NCBI GenBank assembly: GCA_951801825.1
Contig: CATOOF010000002.1
Span: forward strand, 31,058 to 95,057
Source: an uncultured Alphaproteobacteria bacterium
Lineage (GTDB): Bacteria; Pseudomonadota; Alphaproteobacteria; Rs-D84
Length of the DNA stretch: 64,000 nucleotides
Direction: 5' to 3'
The translations under genes and the position numbers were made by a program. The notes under the pieces were generated by a model. That model ran no database searches and had not been told where the DNA came from. It saw only the letters and a program-made list of their open reading frames with translations. Position 1 is the stretch's first letter. Each line of letters starts with the position of its first letter. Below are positions 1-9,838 of the stretch, piece after piece.

Positions 1-770
1 TAATTTACCCCGCATTGCTTAACGATGCAGTCGTTATATTCATTTCCGCAATTTATGATTTTTGTATATGCCGACAGTTTTGCATTCATGTCGCGGTCGG
101 CCTTAATCTCGGCGGCAAACATATTGTACTGTTTTCCAGTGCAATTTACATTGCGACGGCATGCGTCCATTTTGTCGCCCCATGCGGTATCGCCGTCTCC
201 TTTGCATTTGGAATAGTCGTCGCCGCATTTTTGTTTCATGCATTCGCGCAGGCCAATGTCACAGGCGCTATGTCCGCTGGCCAGTGATGCGGCCGCTGAC
301 TTTGTTGCTGTATCGGATGCATCGCGTGCATCCAGTGCGGCACGTTGGCGCCGTATCATTTCGGCCATATTTTCAGCCCCTAAATCACGCTCAGTAGATG
401 TAGAGGATGTGTTCAAACTGGTGTCAAACTGGGATGATTTGTTCTCTATAACTATCGGTTCTGCATCTGCCTCTGGTTCCGGTGTGGGGGCCGGTGCAGG
501 TTCTGGGGTTGGCTCTGGCGTTGCAGGGTCGGTTGATGCGGACGGTGTGCTAGATGTATTTTGTGCGCGTATGTTCAACGTTGGTATACGGCTTTCCGTG
601 TTGTTTGCGCGTGATACCGTCGGACGCGCCGTGCCGGCCGAACCGCGTGATACAACCGACGCGCCGTTTGCAGATGTGCCGATTGCCACAATCACGGCCG
701 CCAATGTGGTTTGCGCGGCCCTGCGCCCGTGGCGTGAAAGAAAATTAAAAACTGTATCTTGTGGCTTCAT
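1..770 (-). CDS. Exported Cys-rich hypothetical protein with Pro/Glu/Thr linker (3' end runs off the window)
   Basis: Not in ORF track; read manually from ATG at 770: MKPQDTVFNFLSRHGRRAAQTTLAAVIVAIGTSANGA...PEPTPEPAPAPTPEPE...ACDIGLRECMKQKCGDDYSKC..., open to the window edge; starts 12 nt after the stop of the 782-1651 gene. Confidence 0.85.
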   Translation of the reverse strand, partial: MKPQDTVFNFLSRHGRRAAQTTLAAVIVAIGTSANGASVVSRGSAGTARPTVSRANNTESRIPTLNIRAQNTSSTPSASTDPATPEPTPEPAPAPTPEPEADAEPIVIENKSSQFDTSLNTSSTSTERDLGAENMAEMIRRQRAALDARDASDTATKSAAASLASGHSACDIGLRECMKQKCGDDYSKCKGDGDTAWGDKMDACRRNVNCTGKQYNMFAAEIKADRDMNAKLSAYTKIINCGNEYNDCIVKQCGVN

Positions 771-781
771 CTTTATATTCT

Positions 782-1651
782 TTATTTCAGCGTATCGCAT
801 GCCAGGTCATGAAACTTGCACAGTTGGGTCGCCATCGAGCGTTCGGCCGCAAAACCGGCGCCGCATTTGTTTGGCATACTGCGTTCGCACACTGTGTCGA
901 TGCAGGATTCGCGGCCGGCGTTATTGGTACAGTTTGCCTTGGTTGTGGTTAATTTTGTGTTTCGCTGGGACTGGTATGATGCAACGATTGTATCAATTAT
1001 GTTGTCCGCATTTTTTATCGCAGTGTCGCGTGCGTCAATCAGCTCCGTGCGAATGGCGGCAATATGTTCGTCGCAACCGGTGGCATCCACGCTGCAGCCG
1101 GAAAAGAATTTATCAAAATCAGCATTTTGTGCACACGCGCTATAGTCGGGACCACAGCGTTTTGTATCAATAACGCATGCCATGATATCGGTTTGGCATG
1201 TGGATTTAGATTTGGTTTTTGCCGCCGCCGCACGCAGGGTCGCAACCTGGGCCGTGATGCCGGCCGCACGGCATGATTGTTCTATCAGGCTGTCATAATT
1301 ATCTGTGACGTCATCAGGGGTACAGCCCGCAACCTTTTTTATGCATTCTGCGGTGGCCCATGCATACCGGGCGCCCGGATCAGACGGGGCTGATTTCAGC
1401 TCTTTGGCGGAAAATGAATATTTTGCCGACGTGCCCACAGATACACTGCGCATGGCGTCGCCCGCCGCCGGTGCGCCCGCAGATGCTGTTCCGCAATACT
1501 GGCACCGGGCCGCAGGATTTGATGATATGTTTATCGCACATGCAGAATCCAGACAGCGCGTTAAATTTGCGCGTGAACAGGTCGTGACCGCATTTGCGGT
1601 TAGGGGGACTGCTGTGATAATAGCTGTTAAAAATATGTTTTTGATATTCAT
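782..1651 (-). CDS. Secreted Cys-rich hypothetical protein (289 aa)
   Basis: Signal peptide ending LTANA, many Cys; shares CxDxxC..RC and YxxxIEQxC motifs with the 24393-27482 protein. Confidence 0.85.
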   Translation of the reverse strand: MNIKNIFLTAIITAVPLTANAVTTCSRANLTRCLDSACAINISSNPAARCQYCGTASAGAPAAGDAMRSVSVGTSAKYSFSAKELKSAPSDPGARYAWATAECIKKVAGCTPDDVTDNYDSLIEQSCRAAGITAQVATLRAAAAKTKSKSTCQTDIMACVIDTKRCGPDYSACAQNADFDKFFSGCSVDATGCDEHIAAIRTELIDARDTAIKNADNIIDTIVASYQSQRNTKLTTTKANCTNNAGRESCIDTVCERSMPNKCGAGFAAERSMATQLCKFHDLACDTLK

Positions 1652-1717
1652 TTCTCTCTATGTATTTAACTATATCAAAAAAGCAGTCGGGGCGCAAAGA
1701 GAAAAATAAATTATTCT

Positions 1718-1746
1718 TTGACAAAAGCGTGTATTTTGTCTATGGT
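1718..1746 (+). promoter_or_regulatory. sigma70-like promoter
   Basis: TTGACA-17nt-TATGGT upstream of ORF 1779. Confidence 0.6.
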
Positions 1747-1778
1747 AAGTGTGTACTTAATCAATGATGGAGTAAAAA

Positions 1779-2390
1779 ATGAATCTTAGTCCTAAGATGA
1801 AATGGGGTTTGGCTTTCTCTGGTGGGGTTGCGTTGGCCCTGGTCAGTGCGCTTTTAATTTCCCGCTGCACAGATAAATCAGAGAGTGAGCGTGTGGTCTG
1901 CGATGCGCGTATGGATAGCTTGCGCAATGAAATCAGAATACGTGATGAACGCAGTGTTGAGTTTATGCATTTGGCCGCCGCTCGTGGCGATACAATCAAT
2001 GCGATGCGTCAGGAATATTCACGGATGAACGATTCGCTGGTTGTGCTGAATGATTCTGTTGTCACATTGGATTCTCTGCTTAATGATTGTCGTGGTAAAC
2101 GTAGCGCACAGGTGGCGAAAAAGAAAGTGCGGGCGGCAAAGAAATCTGGGCCGGTAAAAAATAATGGTGTATCATCTCATGGAAAGCGCCAGGTAACAGC
2201 GACTGCGACACCCGGCTGTATTACAATTAATGGCGGCAGTAATAATTCTGTGAATATCAACAATGGTGTTATTAATAACTATTATGGCGCCCAGCCGCAG
2301 CCGGTACGTAAAGACTCTGTGCATATCAAGGCCAGTGCGAGCGTACAGCAGACAGTTGTTGTTAAAGTGCGTCGCATACACTCTAGATAG
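1779..2390 (+). CDS. Hypothetical membrane-anchored coiled-coil protein (203 aa)
   Basis: GGAG RBS, N-terminal hydrophobic helix, own promoter and terminator. Confidence 0.8.
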   Translation: MNLSPKMKWGLAFSGGVALALVSALLISRCTDKSESERVVCDARMDSLRNEIRIRDERSVEFMHLAAARGDTINAMRQEYSRMNDSLVVLNDSVVTLDSLLNDCRGKRSAQVAKKKVRAAKKSGPVKNNGVSSHGKRQVTATATPGCITINGGSNNSVNINNGVINNYYGAQPQPVRKDSVHIKASASVQQTVVVKVRRIHSR

Positions 2391-2408
2391 CACATTTATT
2401 AAAATGCT

Positions 2409-2438
2409 AAAAACAGCCCGCCGTTGGCGGGCTGTTTT
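2409..2438 (+). terminator. Intrinsic terminator
   Basis: AAAACAGCCCGCC-GTT-GGCGGGCTGTTTT hairpin. Confidence 0.8.
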
Positions 2439-2498
2439 AGTTTTTTCTGGACAGATAATTGAAACATATGTTAATATTGTCGCTATAGAGAGATGTAT

Positions 2499-5400
2499 AT
2501 GATGAAATTTATTAGAATTTTCGCGTTCTCGCTGTTTTTTGTGCCTGTGTGCGCATTTGGCGCCACAAATGAATTCATGGTTGCCGCCCAGTTGCTGGCC
2601 GCGGCGCGTAATGCCGATATACAACAGGTCCAAATCCTGGTAAATAATGGGGCGGATGTAAATTTTACGGATTCAACCGGATTGTCGATTGTTTGTACTG
2701 CATTGATGAATAATGACGTAAGGGCGGCCCAGATACTGCAGATGTATGGTGCCGATGCGTCAAAATGTGACCAGCAGATAAAAAAATACAACAGCAGGAA
2801 CAAGAGTGAGCGAAGCGGCGGCCTGTTCAGCGGGCTGTCGTCCGCCCATAACCTGACATTGGCGGCGGCGGGGGCCGCCGTTGTCGTTGGGGGATTGCTG
2901 TTGCTGACCGATGTGTTTGATTCCGATAATAATAATTCATCCGGCGGCGGGGGCGACCGGCCCAATGGTGGCGGTGGGGACAATCCGGGCGGCGGAACCG
3001 CGACGGCAAAATTTACACTGCCATATGGTCCGGCAATGCCAAATGCGGAATCGGAAAACGCAAACTATTCAAACAACTTGAATTTTTATAGCCCATCTAC
3101 TGACGGTATTTTAAAGGATAACTTTGAATTAATGACCAAAAGCGGCCAGAACTATCTGTTGATGATGCATGGATATTCGCCGCTGGCACGTGGATATTTG
3201 GGAATGCGAACACTGCGTAAAACGGGTAATGTTCCTGTTGCGGCGGATGTGCTGGGGAAAATAAACATAAAAGGCGAGGTTGTTGGCGGTGGTCGGCTGG
3301 TTGGTGTCGCCATGGTAACATCCAATGGTATCAATGCCGCGCCAAAGCCGGTGGGTGGCATTACGGCGAAAAAAAATTCGCTGGATGACAAGTTATTGGC
3401 ATGGACCACCATTAGTGGTGATGCCGTTAATGAAAATCCAGAGGTAAGCAATCTGTCCAGCAAGTATTACAACAATATGATTGTTCTGGGGGGGAGTGGG
3501 GCCGAGATTACCAATTCCTCTACAACCGAAGACAAGAATTTTGTTAAAGATTTTGATTTGTCAGGCTGGGGGACGGCGGTAAACAATACAAACGCAACCG
3601 ACATGGATAATATGCTGGCCAAGGTGCTGGGGGGCAATGACACCGGATATACATCAGCGGATTATTTCGGATTTATTCCAAACGGACAAATGGGCATTTT
3701 TAGAACAGGCGCCGGCAAGGGGATAAAGGTTGTTTCCGGGGCATCGCCGTCGGGGGATTATACGATGGCGGGGGCGACATTGGCGGTGGGCGATAAAATA
3801 ACCTTGTTTGGTAAAGAGCTTACCGTTTCGTCTGTTACCGGTAATCATTTCGAGGCCCAAGACACCGGCATCGGCACATACAAGGGATATGTTGGTGCAA
3901 ATGGATATCTTTATATAAACAACACGCTGGGGGGGGATATAAACCAGGCTTATTCAATGTCCGACGGTAAACTGACACTGGTTGGGGAATATGGGGATAT
4001 TGATTATTATAATTATCGCGCGTTGTTAAAAGCGGGTGTAATGTGGTTGGCGGGTGATTTGGCCGGCGGGCGTTCGCGCATGGATATCTTGGCGAATGCA
4101 TCCGTGATAGAACCTCTGCACGGTCGCACGACAGAAATGATGGACAGTATTCTTGCCAATCCTACGGTAGAAAATTTTTCAGCGCTGATTAACAAATATT
4201 ATGATCGTGATACAACAGATGGCGATGGCGGGACGAACTTGCTGCCTTCTTCAGATGCCGTTGCCTTTTTTAACGGTCTGGGGTCTCGGTTTTTGCCGCT
4301 GGTACTGTTTTCTACCGGCGCATCCCAGACAAACAGTTCATATTCTGATCCAACCCAGGTGGCAACGTTTGAAAATGCCGTACCGCTGGTGTTCGATAAT
4401 CTAGAGCATTTATTCATGTCAATTGTTGCCGTCGGGATGACCGGAAATGGTACGTCTTCTGCAACAAGTGTTTCCGGATATACCCCAGGGAACAAGTTTG
4501 CAATAGCCCAGTGGGCCGACAAAGGCACAACGCCAGACGACCCCAGTGACGACAAATATTATAAGGCCCGTGTTTGTGGTATCGCGGGGCGCGGGGCAAA
4601 CGGCATAGACCCGTGGTGTTTTGCCGCAACCGGTATTACGGATGAATTGGCGGTTTCGTCTGCGGCGGGCGCGGCGGGCGCGGTAAAATCCGCATTTTCA
4701 TATCTTAGCAACAAGGAACTCTTTATTCTGTTGGCGTTGACTGCGGACGGGCCATATTTGGGAACGCTGACCGATGGGACGCCGCTGACAAAAGATGCAT
4801 TGCGTTCACATCTGCAGAATATGTATATTTTGCCGCCAGAATATCAGTATCGCGTGGACAAGGGGGGCGAGGAATATTTGGATGTCTTTAAAGAGGTATT
4901 CGGATATGGCCTGATAAATCTGGAGCGCGCAACCAAACCTGGGACAAAAGTTTATTTTTATAATGGCGCCAACGGCAAGATTGTATCGGCGTCCGGTAAT
5001 GCATATTGGCGTGCGGCGTCCCAGACACGGTTTCGCTCGTCGTCCGCGTTTAGTCCGCGTGTGGCGTCAATCAGTGCACCGTTCTTTGATATTTTAGAAA
5101 GTGCCGACGGCCAGTTGCGCATGCCGCGAATATGGGAAAACGAATTTGAAGTTGGGGCAGGGCGTCGCCGTGGATTATATTTAAGCGATGTTTTTGGTGA
5201 CTTGAAAACATCGGATGCGCCAGATACTGATTTTAAAATTGGGGCATTGAGCTTTTCAATGAAAACATCGGATCGGCCCTATGCAGACAATATGGGCGGC
5301 TTGGATTCAATGCGCCTGGGGTGGCATCGTGGCAACTGGGATTTTTCCGCCGAATATCAACATAATTTTACAGATGGCGCGGGATTGTTTGCCGGGATGG

Positions 5401-6179
5401 TAAATCCTGTGATGTCGTTGGCGCATGACGCAGTGTCCAGCGGGGCAAAATATGACGCAGGTAAATGGACGTTTAATATGCGTGCGTTTTCTGGTGCGAT
5501 AACGGATAATGAATTGTTGGAAAATGATCCGACTGTGACGGCACAATATACGCCGGCGCGTTTGGGACTGATGCATGGTGGCGCGTTTGGTGCGGGATTG
5601 CATACTGGGCGGATGTATTTTGATGCGTCGGCCGGTGTCGCACGTGAAACCCAAACTGTGTTGGGGGCTCAGACGGGGGGGCTGCTTAACCTGGGCGGTG
5701 GCGACACGACCTATGTTGATTTGCATGGCCGCTATAATTTGTGGGGCGATGTTGATATCCAGGCGCGTGCAACATTTGCCAGAACGACCGCTGATGCGTC
5801 GGGACAGTATATTTTGGGATTGTCATCTATTGAATCAAATGCGTTTGCATTGGGGATAAATGCGGGTAATTTCCAGTTCGTTGCGTCCCAGCCATTGGCG
5901 GCGCGGGCCGGACATATGGATTATGCACATGCAGAATATGATATTGTCGAAGATTCTGATGGCAGGTTTGATATCGCCGTATCCGAGATGGGGGCGCGTC
6001 GTGTGGGATTGCGGCCTGAAAAGCGTGAAACCCGTTTTGCCGCCGCATATCGGCACCGTTTTGGGGAATTTACCGACGGTGCGGTGGGATTCATATATCG
6101 TGTGAACCCCAATAATACAGATGAATATGGTAATGAATCCGTGCTGATGTTAAAACTGTCGCATCGGTTGGGAATATAG
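2499..6179 (+). CDS. Large exported protein: ankyrin repeats + degenerate S8 subtilase-like region + C-terminal beta-barrel-like domain
   Basis: Signal peptide; AAARNADIQQVQILVNNGADVN ankyrin; CG..WCFAATG, AVKSAFSYLS..LLALTA, FGYGLINLERATKPG align with the S8 protein at 46436; alternating beta-strand C-terminus. Confidence 0.8.
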   Translation: MMKFIRIFAFSLFFVPVCAFGATNEFMVAAQLLAAARNADIQQVQILVNNGADVNFTDSTGLSIVCTALMNNDVRAAQILQMYGADASKCDQQIKKYNSRNKSERSGGLFSGLSSAHNLTLAAAGAAVVVGGLLLLTDVFDSDNNNSSGGGGDRPNGGGGDNPGGGTATAKFTLPYGPAMPNAESENANYSNNLNFYSPSTDGILKDNFELMTKSGQNYLLMMHGYSPLARGYLGMRTLRKTGNVPVAADVLGKINIKGEVVGGGRLVGVAMVTSNGINAAPKPVGGITAKKNSLDDKLLAWTTISGDAVNENPEVSNLSSKYYNNMIVLGGSGAEITNSSTTEDKNFVKDFDLSGWGTAVNNTNATDMDNMLAKVLGGNDTGYTSADYFGFIPNGQMGIFRTGAGKGIKVVSGASPSGDYTMAGATLAVGDKITLFGKELTVSSVTGNHFEAQDTGIGTYKGYVGANGYLYINNTLGGDINQAYSMSDGKLTLVGEYGDIDYYNYRALLKAGVMWLAGDLAGGRSRMDILANASVIEPLHGRTTEMMDSILANPTVENFSALINKYYDRDTTDGDGGTNLLPSSDAVAFFNGLGSRFLPLVLFSTGASQTNSSYSDPTQVATFENAVPLVFDNLEHLFMSIVAVGMTGNGTSSATSVSGYTPGNKFAIAQWADKGTTPDDPSDDKYYKARVCGIAGRGANGIDPWCFAATGITDELAVSSAAGAAGAVKSAFSYLSNKELFILLALTADGPYLGTLTDGTPLTKDALRSHLQNMYILPPEYQYRVDKGGEEYLDVFKEVFGYGLINLERATKPGTKVYFYNGANGKIVSASGNAYWRAASQTRFRSSSAFSPRVASISAPFFDILESADGQLRMPRIWENEFEVGAGRRRGLYLSDVFGDLKTSDAPDTDFKIGALSFSMKTSDRPYADNMGGLDSMRLGWHRGNWDFSAEYQHNFTDGAGLFAGMVNPVMSLAHDAVSSGAKYDAGKWTFNMRAFSGAITDNELLENDPTVTAQYTPARLGLMHGGAFGAGLHTGRMYFDASAGVARETQTVLGAQTGGLLNLGGGDTTYVDLHGRYNLWGDVDIQARATFARTTADASGQYILGLSSIESNAFALGINAGNFQFVASQPLAARAGHMDYAHAEYDIVEDSDGRFDIAVSEMGARRVGLRPEKRETRFAAAYRHRFGEFTDGAVGFIYRVNPNNTDEYGNESVLMLKLSHRLGI

Positions 6180-6213
6180 ACCGGGTCGGTTTTAAGGCGG
6201 TAAGGTAAAAGTG

Positions 6214-6240
6214 AAAAAAACGCCCACTGGGCGTTTTTTT
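6214..6240. terminator. Bidirectional intrinsic terminator
   Basis: A7-CGCCCA-C-TGGGCG-T7 between convergent genes. Confidence 0.8.
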
Positions 6241-6800
6241 TATTTTGCGACAACAACCATCGCCGTTCGCAGGACCGTGTCGCCAAACATATATCCGGCC
6301 TGCATTTCTTCGATAATTGTATTTGGGGCCGCGTCCTTGGATTCTGCAACCTGTATCGCGTTATGAAACTGCGGGTTTAGCGGCTGGCCTATGGATTCAA
6401 TTCGTACGATGCCGATTTGGGCAAATGCTGCCTCTATTGCGCGTGCCATTGATTTTATTCCCTCGTCGTTGGGGGTATGGGACAGCGCGGCCTCTGCGGC
6501 ATCCATAACCGGAAGAAAGTATCCGGCAATATTCATTGCCCGACGGCGGGCGGTCGATTCACAATCCAGTGCGGCGCGCCTGCGCGTGTTTTCCAATTCC
6601 GCAACAGCGCGCATATATTTGTCGTTTAATTCGCGCACTTCGCCAATCAGGCTGTCGACCTGGGTGCCGCAATCCGCGGTTTGAACTGTATCGGCACCTG
6701 TTACCGTCGGGTGCGGTGCAGGCTCGGCGGTGTCTGTTGCCTGTGCGGTGTTTATAGAGACTTCTTCGATGTTTGTTTCTTTGTTTTCCATTTCAGCCAT
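6240..6800 (-). CDS. grpE: Nucleotide exchange factor GrpE
   Basis: RAVAELENTRRR, NPQFHNAI, QAGYMFGDTVLRTAMVVV motifs. Confidence 0.95.
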   Translation of the reverse strand: MAEMENKETNIEEVSINTAQATDTAEPAPHPTVTGADTVQTADCGTQVDSLIGEVRELNDKYMRAVAELENTRRRAALDCESTARRRAMNIAGYFLPVMDAAEAALSHTPNDEGIKSMARAIEAAFAQIGIVRIESIGQPLNPQFHNAIQVAESKDAAPNTIIEEMQAGYMFGDTVLRTAMVVVAK

Positions 6801-6861
6801 TGTTTACCGTCCATAAAAAGTGTGGGGGCGGCGGATAACACCCCCAGTTTATACTATATAT

Positions 6862-7566
6862 TTATTTCACGCTTGTTATTATAGGTATGAAGTCGTCCGG
6901 TTTCAAGGATGCACCGCCCACCAATACGCCGTCAACATTTGGAATGGACATGATTTCGGCCGCATTGTTTCCCTTTACTGATGCGCCATAGAGTACCGGT
7001 GTTCCCGCCAGGCCCATGGATTTCAGCGTGTCTGCAATCAAGGTGTGTGCGGCGGCAATTTCATCGGCGGTCGGGGTCAGACCCGCACCAATCGCCCAAC
7101 GCGGCTCGTATGCGATAACGATGGGGGCGTCAACGTTTTCTGGCACGGATTCACGAACGCCTGATTCAATAATCGCCATTGTCTTGCCCGCCTGTTTTTC
7201 ATCCATTGTTTCCCCAACGCATATAATCGGCGTTATTCCGGCGGCGATTGCCGCGGCGGCTTTTTCTCGTACCATATCATTTGTTTCGCCATGATACTGG
7301 CGGCGTTCGCTGTGACCTACAATTACATATTTTGCATTTACATCACGCAACATTTCTGCCGAAACTTCGCCCGTGAATGCGCCGTGGTGATGCATGCTTA
7401 CATCCTGGGCGCCCAGTGCCGCACGCCCGGCATCCGCCCCCAGCATGGTGTATGGAACACATAAAACAACCGTGTTTTTTGTATCAACATCACGCAGTGC
7501 GTCAATCATTGTCTGCAAGGCCGCGCGCGAACCGTTCATCTTCCAGTTACCTGCGATAAATTTCAT
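6862..7566 (-). CDS. tpiA: Triose-phosphate isomerase
   Basis: IAGNWKMN, GAFTGEVS, VGHSERR, AYEPRWAIG, GVLVGGASL; start placed at MKFIAG (7566). Confidence 0.97.
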   Translation of the reverse strand: MKFIAGNWKMNGSRAALQTMIDALRDVDTKNTVVLCVPYTMLGADAGRAALGAQDVSMHHHGAFTGEVSAEMLRDVNAKYVIVGHSERRQYHGETNDMVREKAAAAIAAGITPIICVGETMDEKQAGKTMAIIESGVRESVPENVDAPIVIAYEPRWAIGAGLTPTADEIAAAHTLIADTLKSMGLAGTPVLYGASVKGNNAAEIMSIPNVDGVLVGGASLKPDDFIPIITSVK

Positions 7567-7634
7567 TTGTTTTCCCCTTTTTTTCGTTGATTTTTCGTAT
7601 CTCGTTTTGCTATGGTAGCGCAAAAGGGGATTAA

Positions 7635-9047
7635 ATGCTAGAATATTTACGTAACGCGGCAGATAAACCTGTTGCAAAAGTTTTAATTGGAATTTTGGCC
7701 TTTTCTTTTGTTGGATGGGGCGTTGCCGAATGGGTGTTTGGTGGTGCGGTTGGCGATAATGCGCTGGTTCGTGTCGGGCCTGAAAAAATTACCATTGGCC
7801 AGTATAACCAGGCCCGTGCCCAGGAACTGGCAAAGCTATCCAAGGAGCAACAGCGTGCTGTTTATACCGATGTTGCAACCGGGGCAGAGTTTTCAAACAA
7901 GCTGATGGCGCGTCTTACGACAGAAACCATGGCCGAGGCACGTGCAAAAGATTTGGGCTTTTTTGTAACAAATGCCAGGGTTGCACGTGAAATCCGCGAA
8001 TTTCCGGAATTTCAAATAAACGGTCAGTTTTCGTCTTTTATGTTTGATAATTTGTTGGCCAATGCCGGCTATACAGAGGCTGATTTTGCCAATATCCTGC
8101 GCAGCCAGGTTTTGCGTTCAATGGTTCTGGGGGGGCTGAATGTTGCAGTTCCGGTTCCGGATTTTGCAGTGGATGCGGCATATAATGCACGATATGGTCT
8201 GCGGGAAATAGAATATGTCGCCGTGCCTTATTCTGATTTTAAGGCAGATAGACCAACTGATGAACAGTTGCGTGATTTTTATGCGCAAAACCCGCATATG
8301 ATTGAGGAAACAAGAACGGTGTCATATGTTATGGTGCCGGCTGAAATGGGAAAGCCGGATGCATATGATGCGGCGCTGGCCCGGGCACAAAAGGTGGAAG
8401 ATGATATAATCGGTGGTGAAAGTTTGGCCGCGGCGGCAAAAAATCACGGGGCAAAATATGTATCCCTGGGTCAGTTTGCACGCGATAATCGGCCGGTGGA
8501 TACTGTTTTAACCGATAAAATGGTTGCCAAAATATTTGATATGGATGAAGGCATGGAAAGTGAACTGATTGAAACCGCGAAAGGCTTCATAATAGTTCGG
8601 GTTGATAAAATAGTGCCGCGTCACAATGCTGAATATGACAGTGTAAAGGGGCGCCTGACATCCGACTGGGCGCGTGCCCAACAGCGCAAACAGGCGTATG
8701 TCCGGGCAAATGAAATGCTGACGGCGGCAAAGGGAAATGATAAACTGAGTGGTGCGAAAAAGGCAACTGTATCACGCACGTCGGGTGCACCGCTGAAAGT
8801 TCTGATGGCCGCGTTTGGAACGAATGTCGGCGACACCGGAATTATAGAGGATGATAATGCATTTTATGTAATGCAGGTTTCCCGTGCCATTGCGCCAAAG
8901 GCGGATGCGACCAAGAAAGCCGCCCTGCGCAAGGAAATGGAAAACTTGTCCATGCGTACGGTTGCAGATGACTATAATTCATTCCTGATGCGTGAGTATC
9001 CGATAAAGGTAAACCAGAAAGTTTATGACAAGGTGTTCGCCCAGTAA
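7635..9047 (+). CDS. ppiD: PpiD/SurA-type periplasmic chaperone (parvulin-like PPIase)
   Basis: MLEYLR..ILAFSFVGWG anchor, PEFQINGQFS, LRDFYAQN..EETRTVSYV; divergent from tpiA as in many alphaproteobacteria. Confidence 0.85.
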   Translation: MLEYLRNAADKPVAKVLIGILAFSFVGWGVAEWVFGGAVGDNALVRVGPEKITIGQYNQARAQELAKLSKEQQRAVYTDVATGAEFSNKLMARLTTETMAEARAKDLGFFVTNARVAREIREFPEFQINGQFSSFMFDNLLANAGYTEADFANILRSQVLRSMVLGGLNVAVPVPDFAVDAAYNARYGLREIEYVAVPYSDFKADRPTDEQLRDFYAQNPHMIEETRTVSYVMVPAEMGKPDAYDAALARAQKVEDDIIGGESLAAAAKNHGAKYVSLGQFARDNRPVDTVLTDKMVAKIFDMDEGMESELIETAKGFIIVRVDKIVPRHNAEYDSVKGRLTSDWARAQQRKQAYVRANEMLTAAKGNDKLSGAKKATVSRTSGAPLKVLMAAFGTNVGDTGIIEDDNAFYVMQVSRAIAPKADATKKAALRKEMENLSMRTVADDYNSFLMREYPIKVNQKVYDKVFAQ

Positions 9048-9052
9048 TGATT

Positions 9053-9080
9053 AAAGCCGCCGAACACAATCGGCGGCTTT
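9053..9080 (+). terminator. Intrinsic terminator-like hairpin
   Basis: AAAGCCGCCGA..TCGGCGGCTTT. Confidence 0.65.
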
Positions 9081-9090
9081 TGTTTTGTAA

Positions 9091-9747
9091 ATGAAATTAG
9101 AAACAGTTGGCATTTTAACGGATATACGACCCTTTAACGAGCGTGACTCTTTTGCGCGTATTTTCACGCGTGATTATGGACTGATGACGGGTATGATGCG
9201 TGGTGCGGCGGTGGCAAAAAAGAATCGTCCGCTGACAGGGCAGGTGGGGGCGGTATCGTGGAATGCGCGTCTGGATTCCCAGCTGGGGGTTTTTCATTGG
9301 GAACCCACGCGTAACCTGGCCGCGCCAATAATGGCAGATTTCCGGCGACTGTCGATGATGAATTCGGCGTTTGCGCTGGTGTCGGCGCTGTTGCCGGAAC
9401 GTGAGTGTTATGATATTCTCTATTCTCGGACCGCTGATTTTATAGATGCGTTGCCGGGGGCGGAAAATCCGGCGGAATTATACCTGGAATGGGAGATTGG
9501 TTTCCTGCGTGAAATCGGATATGCGCTGGATTTGTCCGCGTGTGCGGGATGTGGGGTGCGCACGGGGCTGGACTATCTGTCGCCGCGGACGTGTCGGGCG
9601 GTATGTGCGGCATGCGGGGCGCCATATGCGGACAAATTATATCCGTTGCCGATGACGCTGGGGGTGTCGGCGCGGCTAATAGAGCATGTGTGCGTCGCCC
9701 AGGGTGCGTCCATGCCCGCCGCACGACGAATGTTGCGTGATAAATAA
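9091..9747 (+). CDS. recO: DNA repair protein RecO
   Basis: OB-fold N-terminus (FTRDYG, WNARLDSQLG), LREIGYALDLSACAGCG..YLSPRTCRAVC Zn finger. Confidence 0.92.
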   Translation: MKLETVGILTDIRPFNERDSFARIFTRDYGLMTGMMRGAAVAKKNRPLTGQVGAVSWNARLDSQLGVFHWEPTRNLAAPIMADFRRLSMMNSAFALVSALLPERECYDILYSRTADFIDALPGAENPAELYLEWEIGFLREIGYALDLSACAGCGVRTGLDYLSPRTCRAVCAACGAPYADKLYPLPMTLGVSARLIEHVCVAQGASMPAARRMLRDK

Positions 9748-9838
9748 CATAATTTTTGGCACAGACACCTACATTTATTCCTTGTAATTTTATTCAGATT
9801 TGCTATCGTTTGGATGTTCAACAGAAAAGGAGAAAGCT

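Noticed and set aside
238-1173. 311-aa plus-strand ORF
   Set aside because: Antisense shadow of the real minus-strand genes 1-770 and 782-1651.
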